Below, piece by piece: positions 37,869-48,414 of a stretch of DNA of 58,504 nt. The notes under the pieces were generated by a model that had not been told where the DNA came from, made no database searches, and saw only the letters and a program-made list of their open reading frames with translations. The position numbers were made by a program, and so were the translations under genes. The stretch is from positions 1 to 58,504 of the forward strand of contig USCV01000002.1 in assembly GCA_900553225.1 (NCBI GenBank), in the 5' to 3' direction. The first letter of the stretch is position 1. The number at the start of each line of letters is the position of its first letter. The stretch is from an uncultured Clostridium sp. (GTDB lineage: Bacteria; Bacillota; Clostridia; TANB77; CAG-508).

Positions 37869-39365
37869 ATGAAGGTAGAAAAGAAAGATATCATACATAT
37901 AATAATTATTGTATTAGGAATTATATTTGTATCAATTCCTGTATTTCATGGAAATTTATGGTTTGACGAGAGTTATTCTGTTGGAATTGCAAACCATGGT
38001 TTTAAGGAAATATGGACAATTGGTGGAAACGATGTACATCCCGTGCTATATTATTGGGTTTTACATATTATAAATATAATATTTGGAAATAAAATTATAG
38101 CATATAGACTTTTTTCATTATTATGTATTGCAATACTTGGCATACTTGGATATACACATATACGAAAAGATTTTGGAAAAGAAACAGGAATATTATTTTC
38201 ATTTTTTGCATATTTTTTCCCTACGAATGTAGTTTATGCAGGAGAGATAAGAATGTATACTTTTGCAATGCTATTAGTAACATTAATGGGGATTTATGCA
38301 TATAGAATTTATAAACAAAAAGAAAAAGTAAATATTAAAAATTGGATATTATTTGGAATATTTAGTTTGGCTTCAGCTTATACCCATTATTATGGCTTAA
38401 TGGCTGCAGGTATTATAAATTTAATGTTATTTATAAGTTTTATTATAGAGTCAATAAAAACTAAAAAAATAACATATAATTTAAAAATGTTTTTAAGTAT
38501 TGCTATAATACAAGTAGCTTTATATATTCCATGGCTATTATATTTATTACTTCAAGTAAATCAAGTATCTGGAGGATTTTGGATAGGAATAAAGTTCCCA
38601 GATACATTAATTGAATTCTTTACATTCCAATTTACTGGAAATTTAGGAGGAACATTATACATAAGCAAAATATGGGCAATACTTTTTGGATTAGTTATGT
38701 GTGCTTATATGGTATTTATTTTTGCAAAAAATAAAAAAGAAGAAGAATTAAAACCTGGAAAACTTGCAATAATAGTTTGGTTATTAGTAGCACTAGGTGC
38801 TTGCATAGTGTCACTAGTTATTTGGAGACCAATTATTTATGCAAGGTACATGTTTTGTGTTGGAGGTTTATTTATATTTTTCTTTGCCAATACCATGGTT
38901 AAAAGAGGAAATAAAAATATAAATATTATAATTTGTTGTATTTGTGTTTTAATATCAAGTATTATTCTAGTTAAAATAGCAAAAGAAAATTATGCAGAAA
39001 GTAACTATGAACTATTAAATTATCTTTCTGAAAATATGAAGGAAACAGATGCAATTTTACATGAAAATCAATTTAGTGGATTTGTTGTTTCAGCAAATTA
39101 TCCGAAAGTTAAAGAATATTTTTGGAATAAAGAAAAATGGAATGTGGAAAAGGCTTATAAAGCATTTGGAAAAGATATGGAAACAATTTATGATTTAGAT
39201 GCTATACAAAATTATAAGGGAAGATTATGGGTTATAAATACTGTGAATTATGATATTTTAGATGAAGTAAAGAAGAAATATGAAATAGAAATTTTAGATC
39301 AAAAAAAATTTGAAACAGAATATAGAGGATATCAATATACTTTTACTTTAATAGACAAAAAATAA
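37869..39365 (+). CDS. GT39/PMT_2 (ArnT-like) family membrane glycosyltransferase
   Basis: About 11 TM segments, the N-terminal loop WFDESYS (DE motif) and a soluble C-terminal domain. Confidence 0.65.
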   Translation: MKVEKKDIIHIIIIVLGIIFVSIPVFHGNLWFDESYSVGIANHGFKEIWTIGGNDVHPVLYYWVLHIINIIFGNKIIAYRLFSLLCIAILGILGYTHIRKDFGKETGILFSFFAYFFPTNVVYAGEIRMYTFAMLLVTLMGIYAYRIYKQKEKVNIKNWILFGIFSLASAYTHYYGLMAAGIINLMLFISFIIESIKTKKITYNLKMFLSIAIIQVALYIPWLLYLLLQVNQVSGGFWIGIKFPDTLIEFFTFQFTGNLGGTLYISKIWAILFGLVMCAYMVFIFAKNKKEEELKPGKLAIIVWLLVALGACIVSLVIWRPIIYARYMFCVGGLFIFFFANTMVKRGNKNINIIICCICVLISSIILVKIAKENYAESNYELLNYLSENMKETDAILHENQFSGFVVSANYPKVKEYFWNKEKWNVEKAYKAFGKDMETIYDLDAIQNYKGRLWVINTVNYDILDEVKKKYEIEILDQKKFETEYRGYQYTFTLIDKK

Positions 39366-39400
39366 AATTTAAGCAAAAGTTTTTTAGAGGAGAGAAAAAA

Positions 39401-40243
39401 ATGAATAAAATTAGAGTTTTAGCATTTGTTGGACCATCCGGTACAGGGAAAAGTTACAGAGCACAGATGGTTGCAAGTGAAAACGACATAAGATTTATTA
39501 TTGATGATGGATTATTAATAAAAGATAATGAAGTTATAGCAGGTAGCTCTGCAAAAAAAGCTCCTACTAAAATTGAAACAGTAAAACATGCGTTATTTTT
39601 AAAAGAAAAAGAAAAAAATGAAATAATAGAAACTATAAAGAAGTATAAGCCAGAAGGAATATTAATTTTAGGCACGTCAGATGGTATGGTAGAGAAAATT
39701 GCACAAAATTTAGCACTTCCCAATATAGAGAAAACGATATACATAAGTGATGTTGCAACAGAAGAAGAAATGGAAAAAGCAAGAAGAATTCGTGTAACAG
39801 AAGGAAAACACGTTATTCCAGTTCCGACTTTTGAAATAAAAAAGGATTTCTCTGGTTATATGCTCGACCCTCTTCAAATATTTAAAACAAAAGGAAAGGG
39901 AAAAGATCCGTATATTTCAGAAAAATCAATAATCAGGCCAACTTTTAGTTATTTAGGAAATTTTACAATATCAGACAATGTATTTAAACAGATTACACAA
40001 CATATTGCTCTTCGTAATAATTCAATTTATAGAATTTCAAAAATAAGAGTACAAAAACGCGAAGAAGGACCAGAAATTTATTTAGAAGTAATTTTAAATT
40101 ATGGCTCTAACATTATAGATGAATTACAAAATTTTAAAGTAAAACTGAAAAAAGAAATAGAAAGATTAACTAGTATGAATGTTCAAAAGATAGAGATATT
40201 AGCAAAAGGCTTAAATGTTATAAATAATGATATAAAAAAATAA
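39401..40243 (+). CDS. P-loop NTPase N-domain fused to an Asp23/Gls24-like C-domain
   Basis: Walker A VGPSGTGKS at the N-terminus. The C-terminal ~110 aa (FTISDNVFKQITQHIAL...YLEVILNYGSNIIDELQNFKVKLKKEIERLTSMNVQKIEI) has the Asp23 family pattern. Confidence 0.55.
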   Translation: MNKIRVLAFVGPSGTGKSYRAQMVASENDIRFIIDDGLLIKDNEVIAGSSAKKAPTKIETVKHALFLKEKEKNEIIETIKKYKPEGILILGTSDGMVEKIAQNLALPNIEKTIYISDVATEEEMEKARRIRVTEGKHVIPVPTFEIKKDFSGYMLDPLQIFKTKGKGKDPYISEKSIIRPTFSYLGNFTISDNVFKQITQHIALRNNSIYRISKIRVQKREEGPEIYLEVILNYGSNIIDELQNFKVKLKKEIERLTSMNVQKIEILAKGLNVINNDIKK

Positions 40244-40266
40244 TTTTAAAAAATAAGGAGGAGCAA

Positions 40267-41577
40267 ATGGCCTTTATAGTAGCAATTGATGGACCTGCCG
40301 GAAGTGGAAAGGGGACTATTACAAAAAAATTAGCCCAAAAATTAAAATTAAATAATATTGATACAGGAGCAATGTATCGCTCTGTTACATTAGAAGTTCT
40401 AAATAAAAATATCAATTTAAACGATTCTAAACAAATAAATGAAATGCTAAACACAATAAATATAGAAATAAATGAAACAAATAAAAAACAAATTGTCTTA
40501 TTAAATGGTGAAGATGTATCAGAAAAAATAAGAAGCAATGAAGTAACTAAAATGGTATCACAAGTTTCAGCAATTAAGGCCGTACGAGAAAAACTTGTGG
40601 AAATGCAAAGAAAAATTGGAACAAAACAAGACATTATTATAGAGGGAAGAGACATTACAACTGTTGTATTTCCTAATGCAGATGTAAAAATTTATTTAGA
40701 TGCAGATGTAGAAGAAAGAGCAAGACGAAGATATAAACAAAATCAAGAAAAACATATAGAATGTAGTTATGAAGAAGTTTTAAAACAAATGCAAATAAGA
40801 GATGAAAATGATAAGAATAAAGAATATGGAGCTTTAAAAATAGCAAATGATGCAATTGTGATAGATGCAACTAATATGTCAATAAATGAGGTAACATCTA
40901 AGATTCAAAATATAATAAAGAGAAAGCAAAAAGAAATAAAAATCAAAGAAAAAATTTATTATGAGAGACCTGAAACAGCCAGGAAAAAAATAGTAAGAAC
41001 AATTTTAAAATCAACCGTATATTTTTTATATAGGATTGTTTATCGCGTTCAAGAAATTGGCGAAAAAGATATTAAAAATGATGAAAGTTATATTATTTGT
41101 GCTAATCATTTAAATTATCTTGATGCTGCAGCAGTTGTTGTATGCAATAAAAGAAATATCCGTTTCGTATGTAAAGATGATATGTTTAAAAAGCCAGTAA
41201 TAAGCTGGGCATTACACATAGTAGATGCAATACCAATTAATAGAGAAAAGCAAGATATAGAGGCAATGAAGAGGTCTATTAAAGCGTTAAAGAATAAGGA
41301 ATTACTTGGAATTTTTCCGGAAGGAACAAGAAAAGGAATGGCTAAAAATCTTAAAGCAAAAAATGGAGCAGCTTTTATGGCTTTAAGAAGTAAAGTAAAA
41401 GTAATTCCGGTTGGAATTCAAGGTTCTTTTAAACCTTTTACAAAGGTCTATCTAAATTATGGAAAACCATTAGACTTTAGTATGTACTATGGACAGGAAA
41501 AAAATAAAGAAGTATTAGAAAAAGTTACAAAAGAGATCATGGACAACATAATTATGTTGACAAATCAGAAAAAATAA
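40267..41577 (+). CDS. cmk: Fusion protein: cytidylate kinase + 1-acyl-sn-glycerol-3-phosphate acyltransferase (PlsC-like)
   Basis: N-terminal IAIDGPAGSGKGT...DTGAMYR...EGRDITTVVFP is Cmk. C-terminal ANHLNYLDA (HxxxxD) and FPEGTRK are acyltransferase motifs. It is one uninterrupted 436-aa ORF. Confidence 0.8.
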   Translation: MAFIVAIDGPAGSGKGTITKKLAQKLKLNNIDTGAMYRSVTLEVLNKNINLNDSKQINEMLNTINIEINETNKKQIVLLNGEDVSEKIRSNEVTKMVSQVSAIKAVREKLVEMQRKIGTKQDIIIEGRDITTVVFPNADVKIYLDADVEERARRRYKQNQEKHIECSYEEVLKQMQIRDENDKNKEYGALKIANDAIVIDATNMSINEVTSKIQNIIKRKQKEIKIKEKIYYERPETARKKIVRTILKSTVYFLYRIVYRVQEIGEKDIKNDESYIICANHLNYLDAAAVVVCNKRNIRFVCKDDMFKKPVISWALHIVDAIPINREKQDIEAMKRSIKALKNKELLGIFPEGTRKGMAKNLKAKNGAAFMALRSKVKVIPVGIQGSFKPFTKVYLNYGKPLDFSMYYGQEKNKEVLEKVTKEIMDNIIMLTNQKK

Positions 41578-41609
41578 TATATAATAAAAAACCGTTAAGG
41601 TGGTAGATT

Positions 41610-42710
41610 ATGGGAAATTATAATGATAATATAACGTTTGAAGAATTTATAAATAATTCATTAAAAGAAATGAAGGAAGGACAAACTGTAACTGGTAAAA
41701 TTATCAGTATTACTGCAAATGGCGAAATTTTTGTAGATATAGGTTATAAGGCCGATGGAATTATAACCAAAGAGGAATTTTCATATGATGAAAATGTAAA
41801 TCCAGCAAATGAATTTAAGCCAGGAGATAGAATTACTGCTGATATTTTAAAAATGAATGATGGTATGGGTAATATACTTCTTTCATATAAAAGAGCAAAA
41901 TTAAGAATAAATAAAAAAGAATTTGAAAGTAAAGTAAATCATAAATGTATTTTTACAGATAAGGTAGCAGAAGCAAATGAGAGTGGCTTTATTGTAAATT
42001 ATAATGGAATTAGAATTTTTATTCCGTTGTCATTATCTGGAATTACAAGAGAGGAAAATATACAAGATTATATTGGAAAAGAAGTAAGATTTAGAGTAAT
42101 TGAATATAATGATAAAACACATAAAATCATTGGTTCAATTAAAGACGTAATAGAAGAAGAAAAAGAAAAGAAGTTAAAAGAGTTCTGGGATAATGTAAAA
42201 GAAGGAAAAAGCTACAAAGGAACAGTAACCAGTATTAGTACATATGGAGCTTTTGTTGATGTAGATGGAGTTCAAGGACTTCTTCATGTTTCTGAAATGG
42301 CATGGGGGAGAAATCAGAAACCAGAAGATATATTAAAAGTCGGACAAGAAATCGAAGTAAAAATAAAAAATGCAGATAGGGAAAATAAAAGACTATTATT
42401 AATTTATGGTAAAAAGGGTCCAAATCCGTGGGAAAAAGCAGAGGAAAGATATCATATCGGTGATGTTGTAACTGTCAAAGTAGTCAAATTAATGAACTTT
42501 GGAGCTTTTGTTCAACTTGAAAAAGGAATCGAAGGCTTGGTTCATATTTCTCAAATTTGCGAAAGAAAAATAGCAAAACCAGAAGAAGAATTAAAAGTTG
42601 GACAAAAAGTAAATGCGAAAATTATAGAATTTGATAAAGAAAATAAGAGAATTGAACTTTCGATTAGAGATTTAGAAGGAACAAGTAACGAGTATAAAGA
42701 AGAAAATTAA
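41610..42710 (+). CDS. rpsA: 30S ribosomal protein S1-like (four S1 domains)
   Basis: Four repeats of G..V.G.V.....G.FV......G..H.SE. Confidence 0.8.
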   Translation: MGNYNDNITFEEFINNSLKEMKEGQTVTGKIISITANGEIFVDIGYKADGIITKEEFSYDENVNPANEFKPGDRITADILKMNDGMGNILLSYKRAKLRINKKEFESKVNHKCIFTDKVAEANESGFIVNYNGIRIFIPLSLSGITREENIQDYIGKEVRFRVIEYNDKTHKIIGSIKDVIEEEKEKKLKEFWDNVKEGKSYKGTVTSISTYGAFVDVDGVQGLLHVSEMAWGRNQKPEDILKVGQEIEVKIKNADRENKRLLLIYGKKGPNPWEKAEERYHIGDVVTVKVVKLMNFGAFVQLEKGIEGLVHISQICERKIAKPEEELKVGQKVNAKIIEFDKENKRIELSIRDLEGTSNEYKEEN

Positions 42711-42731
42711 AATAGAATAGGGGAAAAGAAA

Positions 42732-44543
42732 ATGAATAATGATAAAATAAGAAATATTGCAATTATTGCACACGTTGATCATGGAAAAACAACTTTGGTT
42801 GACGCACTTCTAAGACAAAGTCACGTATTTAGAGAAAATGAACAAGTATCAGAAAGAATAATGGATTCAGGAGATATTGAAAAAGAAAGAGGTATTACAA
42901 TTCTTTCTAAAAATACTTCAGTTATGTATAATGATGTAAAAATAAACATTGTTGATACACCAGGACATGCTGATTTTGGAGGAGAAGTTGAACGTGTTTT
43001 AAAAATGGTAGATGGTGTTTTACTATTAGTAGATGCTTTTGAAGGACCAATGCCTCAAACAAGAGAAGTATTAAAGAAGTCTTTAGCATTAAACCTAAAA
43101 CCAATTGTTGTAATTAATAAAATAGATCGTCCAGGAGCTAATCCTCTAAAAGTTGAAGATCAAGTTCTAGAACTATTTATAGAGCTTAATGCAAATGATG
43201 AGCAATTAGATTTTCCTGTTATTTATGCGTCAGCTAAAAATGGAATTGCTAAAATGAAATTAGAAGATGAAACAGATAATGTTCATTGCATTTTTGACAC
43301 AATTATTGAACATATTGATCCACCAAAATGCGATATGGATGGAGATATGCAAATGCTTGTATCAAATATAGATTATGATGAATATTTAGGAAGAATTGCT
43401 GTTGGTAGAGTTGAAAGAGGAACTATTAAAGTTGGAATGCCAATTGCAATATGTAAAGCAGATAAAACAGGTCAAGGAAAAGTCGCAAAATTATTCACAT
43501 ATATGGGGCTAAAAAGAGTAGAAGTTGAAGAAGCAAAAGCGGGAGATATTGTTGCTTTATCTGGTATTTCAGATATTAATATTGGTGACACAATTTGTGA
43601 TTTAAATAATCCGGAAAAAATTCCTTTTGTAGATATTGATGAACCAACTGTTTCTATGACATTTAGTGTTAACAATGGACCTTTAGCAGGAAAAGAAGGA
43701 GAATTTGTAACATCAAGACATATTCGTGATAGATTATTAAAAGAATTAGAAAGAAATGTTAGTCTTCGTGTAAAAGAAACTGATTCAGCAGATAGCTTTG
43801 AAGTTTGTGGACGTGGAGAATTACATCTTTCTGTATTAATCGAAACAATGAGAAGAGAAGGTTTTGAACTTTTAGTATCTCGTCCAAAGGTTATTTTTAA
43901 AGAAATTGATGGAGTAAAATGTGAACCAATTGAAAAATTAGTTGTAAATGTTCCAGATGAATCAATTGGAACTGTTATTGAAAAACTTGGAAGAAGAAAA
44001 GCAGAAATGCTTAATATGGAACCAGCAGAAGCAGGACATACAAAAGTTGAATTTAAAATTCCTGCAAGAGGTCTAATTGGATATAGAACAGAATTCCTAA
44101 CAGATACAAAAGGAACAGGAACAATGAATAGCATTTTTGATTGCTACGAAGCATATAAAGGAGAAATAGCATCTAGAACTAGAGGAGTTTTAGTTGCATT
44201 TGAAGCTGGAACATCTGTAACTTATGGATTATATAATGCTCAAGAAAGAGGAGAACTAATGATAGGAGCAGGTGTAGAAGTATATGAGGGAATGATTGTT
44301 GGAATAAACTCTAGAAATGAAGATATAGCAATTAATGTGTGCAAAGAAAAGCATTTAACAAATACAAGAGCATCAGGTTCAGATGATGCATTAAGATTAG
44401 TTCCACCATTACAAATGTCACTTGAAAAAGCAATTGAATTTATTGCCGAAGACGAACTTGTAGAAGTAACACCTAAAAACATTAGGTTAAGAAAGAAAAT
44501 ATTAGATACAAAAACAAGAGAAAGACAAGCAAGAAGAGGATAA
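42732..44543 (+). CDS. typA: Translational GTPase TypA/BipA
   Basis: [33 protein letters not shown] and NKIDR; 603 aa. Confidence 0.92.
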   Translation: MNNDKIRNIAIIAHVDHGKTTLVDALLRQSHVFRENEQVSERIMDSGDIEKERGITILSKNTSVMYNDVKINIVDTPGHADFGGEVERVLKMVDGVLLLVDAFEGPMPQTREVLKKSLALNLKPIVVINKIDRPGANPLKVEDQVLELFIELNANDEQLDFPVIYASAKNGIAKMKLEDETDNVHCIFDTIIEHIDPPKCDMDGDMQMLVSNIDYDEYLGRIAVGRVERGTIKVGMPIAICKADKTGQGKVAKLFTYMGLKRVEVEEAKAGDIVALSGISDINIGDTICDLNNPEKIPFVDIDEPTVSMTFSVNNGPLAGKEGEFVTSRHIRDRLLKELERNVSLRVKETDSADSFEVCGRGELHLSVLIETMRREGFELLVSRPKVIFKEIDGVKCEPIEKLVVNVPDESIGTVIEKLGRRKAEMLNMEPAEAGHTKVEFKIPARGLIGYRTEFLTDTKGTGTMNSIFDCYEAYKGEIASRTRGVLVAFEAGTSVTYGLYNAQERGELMIGAGVEVYEGMIVGINSRNEDIAINVCKEKHLTNTRASGSDDALRLVPPLQMSLEKAIEFIAEDELVEVTPKNIRLRKKILDTKTRERQARRG

Positions 44544-44570
44544 TTCTTTTATAAGGAGGTTTAATTTCAT

Positions 44571-44876
44571 ATGGCTAAAAGTGATTATAGTAGTACAGGG
44601 AATTATGAGCCTCGACCTATAACTGTAGGACGTACTTACTTAGAATATAGATTTGAAAAAATTGATAGAGATTTAAGGAAAAAAGCACCAGTAAAGCTCG
44701 GAGTAAAACAAACTATAATAAAGGCCTATAAGGAAAATGGAAAAAATGGAGCAATGCTTGCTCTAAGAATACTAAACAAAAAAATTGGCACAGAAGCTTT
44801 TTCATGGGAACAGGTACTTGTATGGATTAATGAATATGAAAGAAATAACGAAGGAAATGATAGAGATGATAGATAA
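44571..44876 (+). CDS. Hypothetical small protein
   Basis: Strong AAGGAGG RBS; 101 aa; no family recognised. Confidence 0.5.
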   Translation: MAKSDYSSTGNYEPRPITVGRTYLEYRFEKIDRDLRKKAPVKLGVKQTIIKAYKENGKNGAMLALRILNKKIGTEAFSWEQVLVWINEYERNNEGNDRDDR

Positions 44877-45441
44877 GATAAAAGAAAAAGCTTTGGCAGA
44901 GCATATTCCAATAATAATGGATGATACATTAGAAGTAATTGCAAAATACCTAGAAGAAATAAAACCCAAAAGAATATTAGAAATAGGTACTGCAGTTGGG
45001 TATTCTGCTATTTGCTTTTCAAAGTATTTATCTAATGAGGGTAGAATAGATACGATAGAGCGTGATGAAGAAAGAATAAAAGAAGCAAAAGAAAACATAA
45101 GGCAAATGAATTTAGAAGAAAAAATACATCTTTATGAAGGCGATGCAGTAGAGATTTTACCATCACTAAATGAGAAATATAATGTTGTATTTATTGATGC
45201 AGCAAAAGGTAAATATCCATTCTTTTTAAGCCAAGCTATTAGATTATTAGACGAAAATGGAATTATTATTGCAGATAATATATTATATAAAGGATATGTA
45301 ATGAGTGACTATAATAAACATAAACAAAGAACTGCAGTAAGAAATTTAAGAGAATATATTAAAGAAACTACAGAAAATCCAAATTTTATAACAGAAATAT
45401 TAGAAGTTGGAGATGGTCTTGCAATTAGCAAGAAAAAATAA
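44830..45441 (+). CDS. Class I SAM-dependent O-methyltransferase (YrrM/TrmR-like); start uncertain (44830-44866)
   Basis: HIPIIMDD...ILEIGTAVGYSAI...FIDAAKGKYP...ADNILYKG...VGDGLAISKK matches the B. subtilis YrrM pattern (recalled from memory, not aligned). It overlaps the preceding ORF. Confidence 0.8.
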   Translation: MNMKEITKEMIEMIDKIKEKALAEHIPIIMDDTLEVIAKYLEEIKPKRILEIGTAVGYSAICFSKYLSNEGRIDTIERDEERIKEAKENIRQMNLEEKIHLYEGDAVEILPSLNEKYNVVFIDAAKGKYPFFLSQAIRLLDENGIIIADNILYKGYVMSDYNKHKQRTAVRNLREYIKETTENPNFITEILEVGDGLAISKKK

Positions 45442-45449
45442 TATTAATA

Positions 45450-45480
45450 CAAAAACTTATATTTTATATAAGTTTTTGTT
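45450..45480 (+). terminator. Rho-independent terminator
   Basis: CAAAAACTTATA pairs with TATAAGTTTTTG, followed by a T-rich tract. Confidence 0.7.
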
Positions 45481-45509
45481 GCTATTTTTACGTTTTTTGC
45501 CTGAAAGTA

Positions 45510-45538
45510 TTGACAAATTGCTAAAAATAGTGTAAAGT
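45510..45538 (+). promoter_or_regulatory. Putative promoter of the ylxM-ffh operon
   Basis: TTGACA (45510-45515), a 17-nt spacer ending in TG, and TAAAGT (45533-45538). Confidence 0.5.
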
Positions 45539-45574
45539 ATATTAGCATTACAAAAAACGAAAGGAAGAATTCTG

Positions 45575-45922
45575 ATGGAGAAAAATGTCAAAGTAAGTAT
45601 ACTTTGTCAGATCTATGGAAAATTATTAACAAAAAAGCAATTTGAAATAATAACAGATTACTATGATAATGATTTATCTTTATCTGAAATTGCAGAGAAT
45701 AATCAAATTACAAGGCAAGCAGTAAGAGATATAATAAAAAAATCAGAAAAAAAATTGTATGAATTAGAAGAAGAACTTTCGTTTATGGAAAAACAAATAA
45801 ATTACGAAAAAAAGATTAATTGTATAATAGAAAAAATTGCACAAATTCAAAAAGAAGAAATAAATTTGAAAAACAAAGAAAATTTAGACAAAATAAAAAA
45901 AGAATTAAAAAGTTTGATATAA
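45575..45922 (+). CDS. ylxM: YlxM (UPF0122) putative DNA-binding protein
   Basis: YG.LLT.KQ.EI...YY..DLSLSEIAE...ISRQAV.D pattern, immediately upstream of ffh. Confidence 0.85.
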   Translation: MEKNVKVSILCQIYGKLLTKKQFEIITDYYDNDLSLSEIAENNQITRQAVRDIIKKSEKKLYELEEELSFMEKQINYEKKINCIIEKIAQIQKEEINLKNKENLDKIKKELKSLI

Positions 45923-45951
45923 ATAATAAACAGCAAGGAGGCTAAAAGAAC

Positions 45952-47310
45952 ATGGCTTTTGAAAGTATATCATCAAAACTTCAGGAAATAACACGTAAAC
46001 TAAAAGGAAAAGCAAGAATTACAGAAACTGATTTAAAAGAAATGTTAAGAGAAGTAAAACTTGCACTATTGGAAGCAGATGTTAATTATAAAATCGTAAA
46101 AGAATTTATTAATACAATACAAGAAAAAGCATTAGGTCAAGATGTTTTAAAATCTTTAACTCCAGGTCAACAAGTAATTAAAATAGTAAAAGATGAACTA
46201 GTTGAACTTTTAGGAGGAACAGATAGTAAAATTAATTTTGCGCCAAATCCTCCTACAGTTATAATGTTAGTTGGTCTGCAAGGTAGTGGTAAAACAACTA
46301 CAGCGGGAAAACTTGCAAATATAATAAGAAAACAAGGGAAAAAACCTTTACTTGTTGCATGTGATGTTTATAGACCAGCAGCTATTAAACAATTACAAGT
46401 TGTTGGTGCACAACTTAACATTCCAGTATATTCAAATGAATCAACAAAAAATGTAGTTCAAATTGCAAAGCAAGCAATAAATACTGCAATTAGCAAATTA
46501 AATGATGTAGTTATTTTAGATACTGCAGGTAGACTTCAAATTGATGAAGAATTAATGAATGAATTGAAAAATTTAAAACAAAGTGTAAAACCACATGAAA
46601 TCCTACTTGTAGTAGATTCGATGATAGGTCAAGAAGCTGTAAATATAGCATCAACATTTAATGAAGAACTTGGAATAGATGGAATTGTACTTACAAAATT
46701 AGACGGTGATACTCGTGGTGGTGCAGCACTATCTGTAAAAAAAGTTACAAATAGACCTATAAAATATGCTGCAACCGGAGAAAAACTAAGTGATATTGAA
46801 GAGTTTCATCCAGAAAGAATGGCATCAAGAATATTAGGAATGGGAGATGTTCTTTCTATAATAGAAAAAGCAGAAGAAGCATTTGATGAAGAAGAAGCTA
46901 TAAAAATTGAAAAGCAGCTTAAGAAAAAAGAATTTGACTTAGATGATTATTTAGTACAATTAAAACAAATAAAGAAAATGGGCTCTTTTTCATCTATTTT
47001 AAAAATGATACCAGGAATGAACCAAATAAAAGACTTAAAAGTTGATGATAAAGAATTTGTCAGAATAGAAGCAATTATATATTCAATGACAAAAAAAGAA
47101 AGAAAAAATCCTAAAATATTGAATGCAAGTAGAAGAAAAAGAATTGCACAAGGTAGTGGAACAACAGTACAACAAATAAATAAATTTATGGATTCCTTTG
47201 AAATGACACAAAAAATGATGAAAAAGATGCAAGACGGAAAAGGAATGAAAAAAATGATGAAGAATTTTAAAGGATTGGATGCAAATAATCTAAATAATTT
47301 AAAATTTTAA
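45952..47310 (+). CDS. ffh: Signal recognition particle protein Ffh
   Basis: GLQGSGKTTT, DTAGR, LTKLDGDTRGG and a Met-rich M domain. Confidence 0.93.
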   Translation: MAFESISSKLQEITRKLKGKARITETDLKEMLREVKLALLEADVNYKIVKEFINTIQEKALGQDVLKSLTPGQQVIKIVKDELVELLGGTDSKINFAPNPPTVIMLVGLQGSGKTTTAGKLANIIRKQGKKPLLVACDVYRPAAIKQLQVVGAQLNIPVYSNESTKNVVQIAKQAINTAISKLNDVVILDTAGRLQIDEELMNELKNLKQSVKPHEILLVVDSMIGQEAVNIASTFNEELGIDGIVLTKLDGDTRGGAALSVKKVTNRPIKYAATGEKLSDIEEFHPERMASRILGMGDVLSIIEKAEEAFDEEEAIKIEKQLKKKEFDLDDYLVQLKQIKKMGSFSSILKMIPGMNQIKDLKVDDKEFVRIEAIIYSMTKKERKNPKILNASRRKRIAQGSGTTVQQINKFMDSFEMTQKMMKKMQDGKGMKKMMKNFKGLDANNLNNLKF

Positions 47311-47362
47311 AATAGTTATTAATTTTAAAAATATATAAATGCATTTGTGGGAGGTGAAAAAA

Positions 47363-47602
47363 ATGGTAAAAATCAGATTACAAAGACAAGGTGCAAAAAA
47401 AGCTCCATTCTATCATATTGTAGTTGCAGATTCAAGATGTCCAAGAGATGGTAAAATTATAGAAAAAATTGGAACATATAATCCAATGACAGAACCATCT
47501 ACAATAGTTCTTGATCAAGAAAAAGTAGCTACATGGATTAAAAATGGTGCAAAACCAACAGATACTGTTAAAGCACTAATTGAAAAAGCTGCAAAAAAAT
47601 AA
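47363..47602 (+). CDS. rpsP: 30S ribosomal protein S16
   Basis: [25 protein letters not shown]. Confidence 0.92.
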   Translation: MVKIRLQRQGAKKAPFYHIVVADSRCPRDGKIIEKIGTYNPMTEPSTIVLDQEKVATWIKNGAKPTDTVKALIEKAAKK

Positions 47603-47646
47603 TAAATCTTTGCATTAAAAACACCTTAGAAAGAGGAAAAAAGAAA

Positions 47647-47877
47647 ATGAAAGAATTTTTAGAAGCAATTATTGTAAACCTTGTAAATGATAAGGGTTCC
47701 ATAGTTATTACAGAAGAACAAAAAGAAAATTTAGTAGAATATAAAGTTAAAGTTGCAAGTGATGATATGGGAAAAGTAATAGGTAAGCAAGGGAAAACAG
47801 CAAATGCAATTAGAACATTAATTAAATCATTAGCTGGAGCTCAAAATAAAAAAGTTAATATAGAATTTGTAGATTAA
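47647..47877 (+). CDS. KH domain RNA-binding protein (YlqC/UPF0109)
   Basis: GKVIGKQGKTANAIRTL motif, located between rpsP and rimM. Confidence 0.85.
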   Translation: MKEFLEAIIVNLVNDKGSIVITEEQKENLVEYKVKVASDDMGKVIGKQGKTANAIRTLIKSLAGAQNKKVNIEFVD

Positions 47878-47888
47878 GAGGAAAATGT

Positions 47889-48396
47889 ATGCAAGAATAT
47901 TTAGAAGTAGGTCAAATTGTAAATACATTTGGAGTTAAAGGTTTCGTAAAAGTAAATCCATTTACAGATGACATAAGAAGGTTTGAAAAATTAAAAAAAG
48001 TATATATTTGCAAAAATAAACAAATGCATGAGGTGGAAATAGAAGAAGTAAAGTATCATAAAAATATGGTATTACTTAAATTCAAAGGAATTGACGATAT
48101 GACTAGTGCTGAAAAACAAAAGGGCACATATCTAAAAATTCACAGAAAAGATGCTATTTCATTACCAAAAGATACATACTTTATTGCAGATTTAATAGGT
48201 CTTCGGAGTATATACTGATGATGGAGTATTTCTTGGAAAGCTAGATGATATTTACAATAATGGTAGTACAGATATTTATGTTGTAAAAAATGAACTTGGA
48301 AAGCAAATTTTATTACCAGCTATTAAAGAAGTTCTAAAAGACATTAACTTAGAACAAGAAAAAATAATCGTTCATTTATTAAAAGGTTTAGTATAA
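47889..48396 (+). CDS. rimM: Ribosome maturation factor RimM; needs +1 recoding at CGG 48204-48206
   Basis: The N-terminal domain (VGQIVNTFGVKGFVKV) is in ORF 47889-48218. The PRC-barrel part (VYTDDGVFLGKLDDIYNNGSTDIYVVKNELGKQILLPAIKEVLKDINLEQEKIIVHLLKGLV) is in the +1 frame and ends at 48396. The join reads IADLIGL-G-VYTDDG. Confidence 0.88.
48204..48207 (+). other. Frame-break site in rimM (CTT CGG A)
   Basis: The 0-frame stops at 48216-48218. The +1 frame is open to 48396. Confidence 0.9.
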
Positions 48397-48414
48397 AATC
48401 ATTAGGAGGAAATT

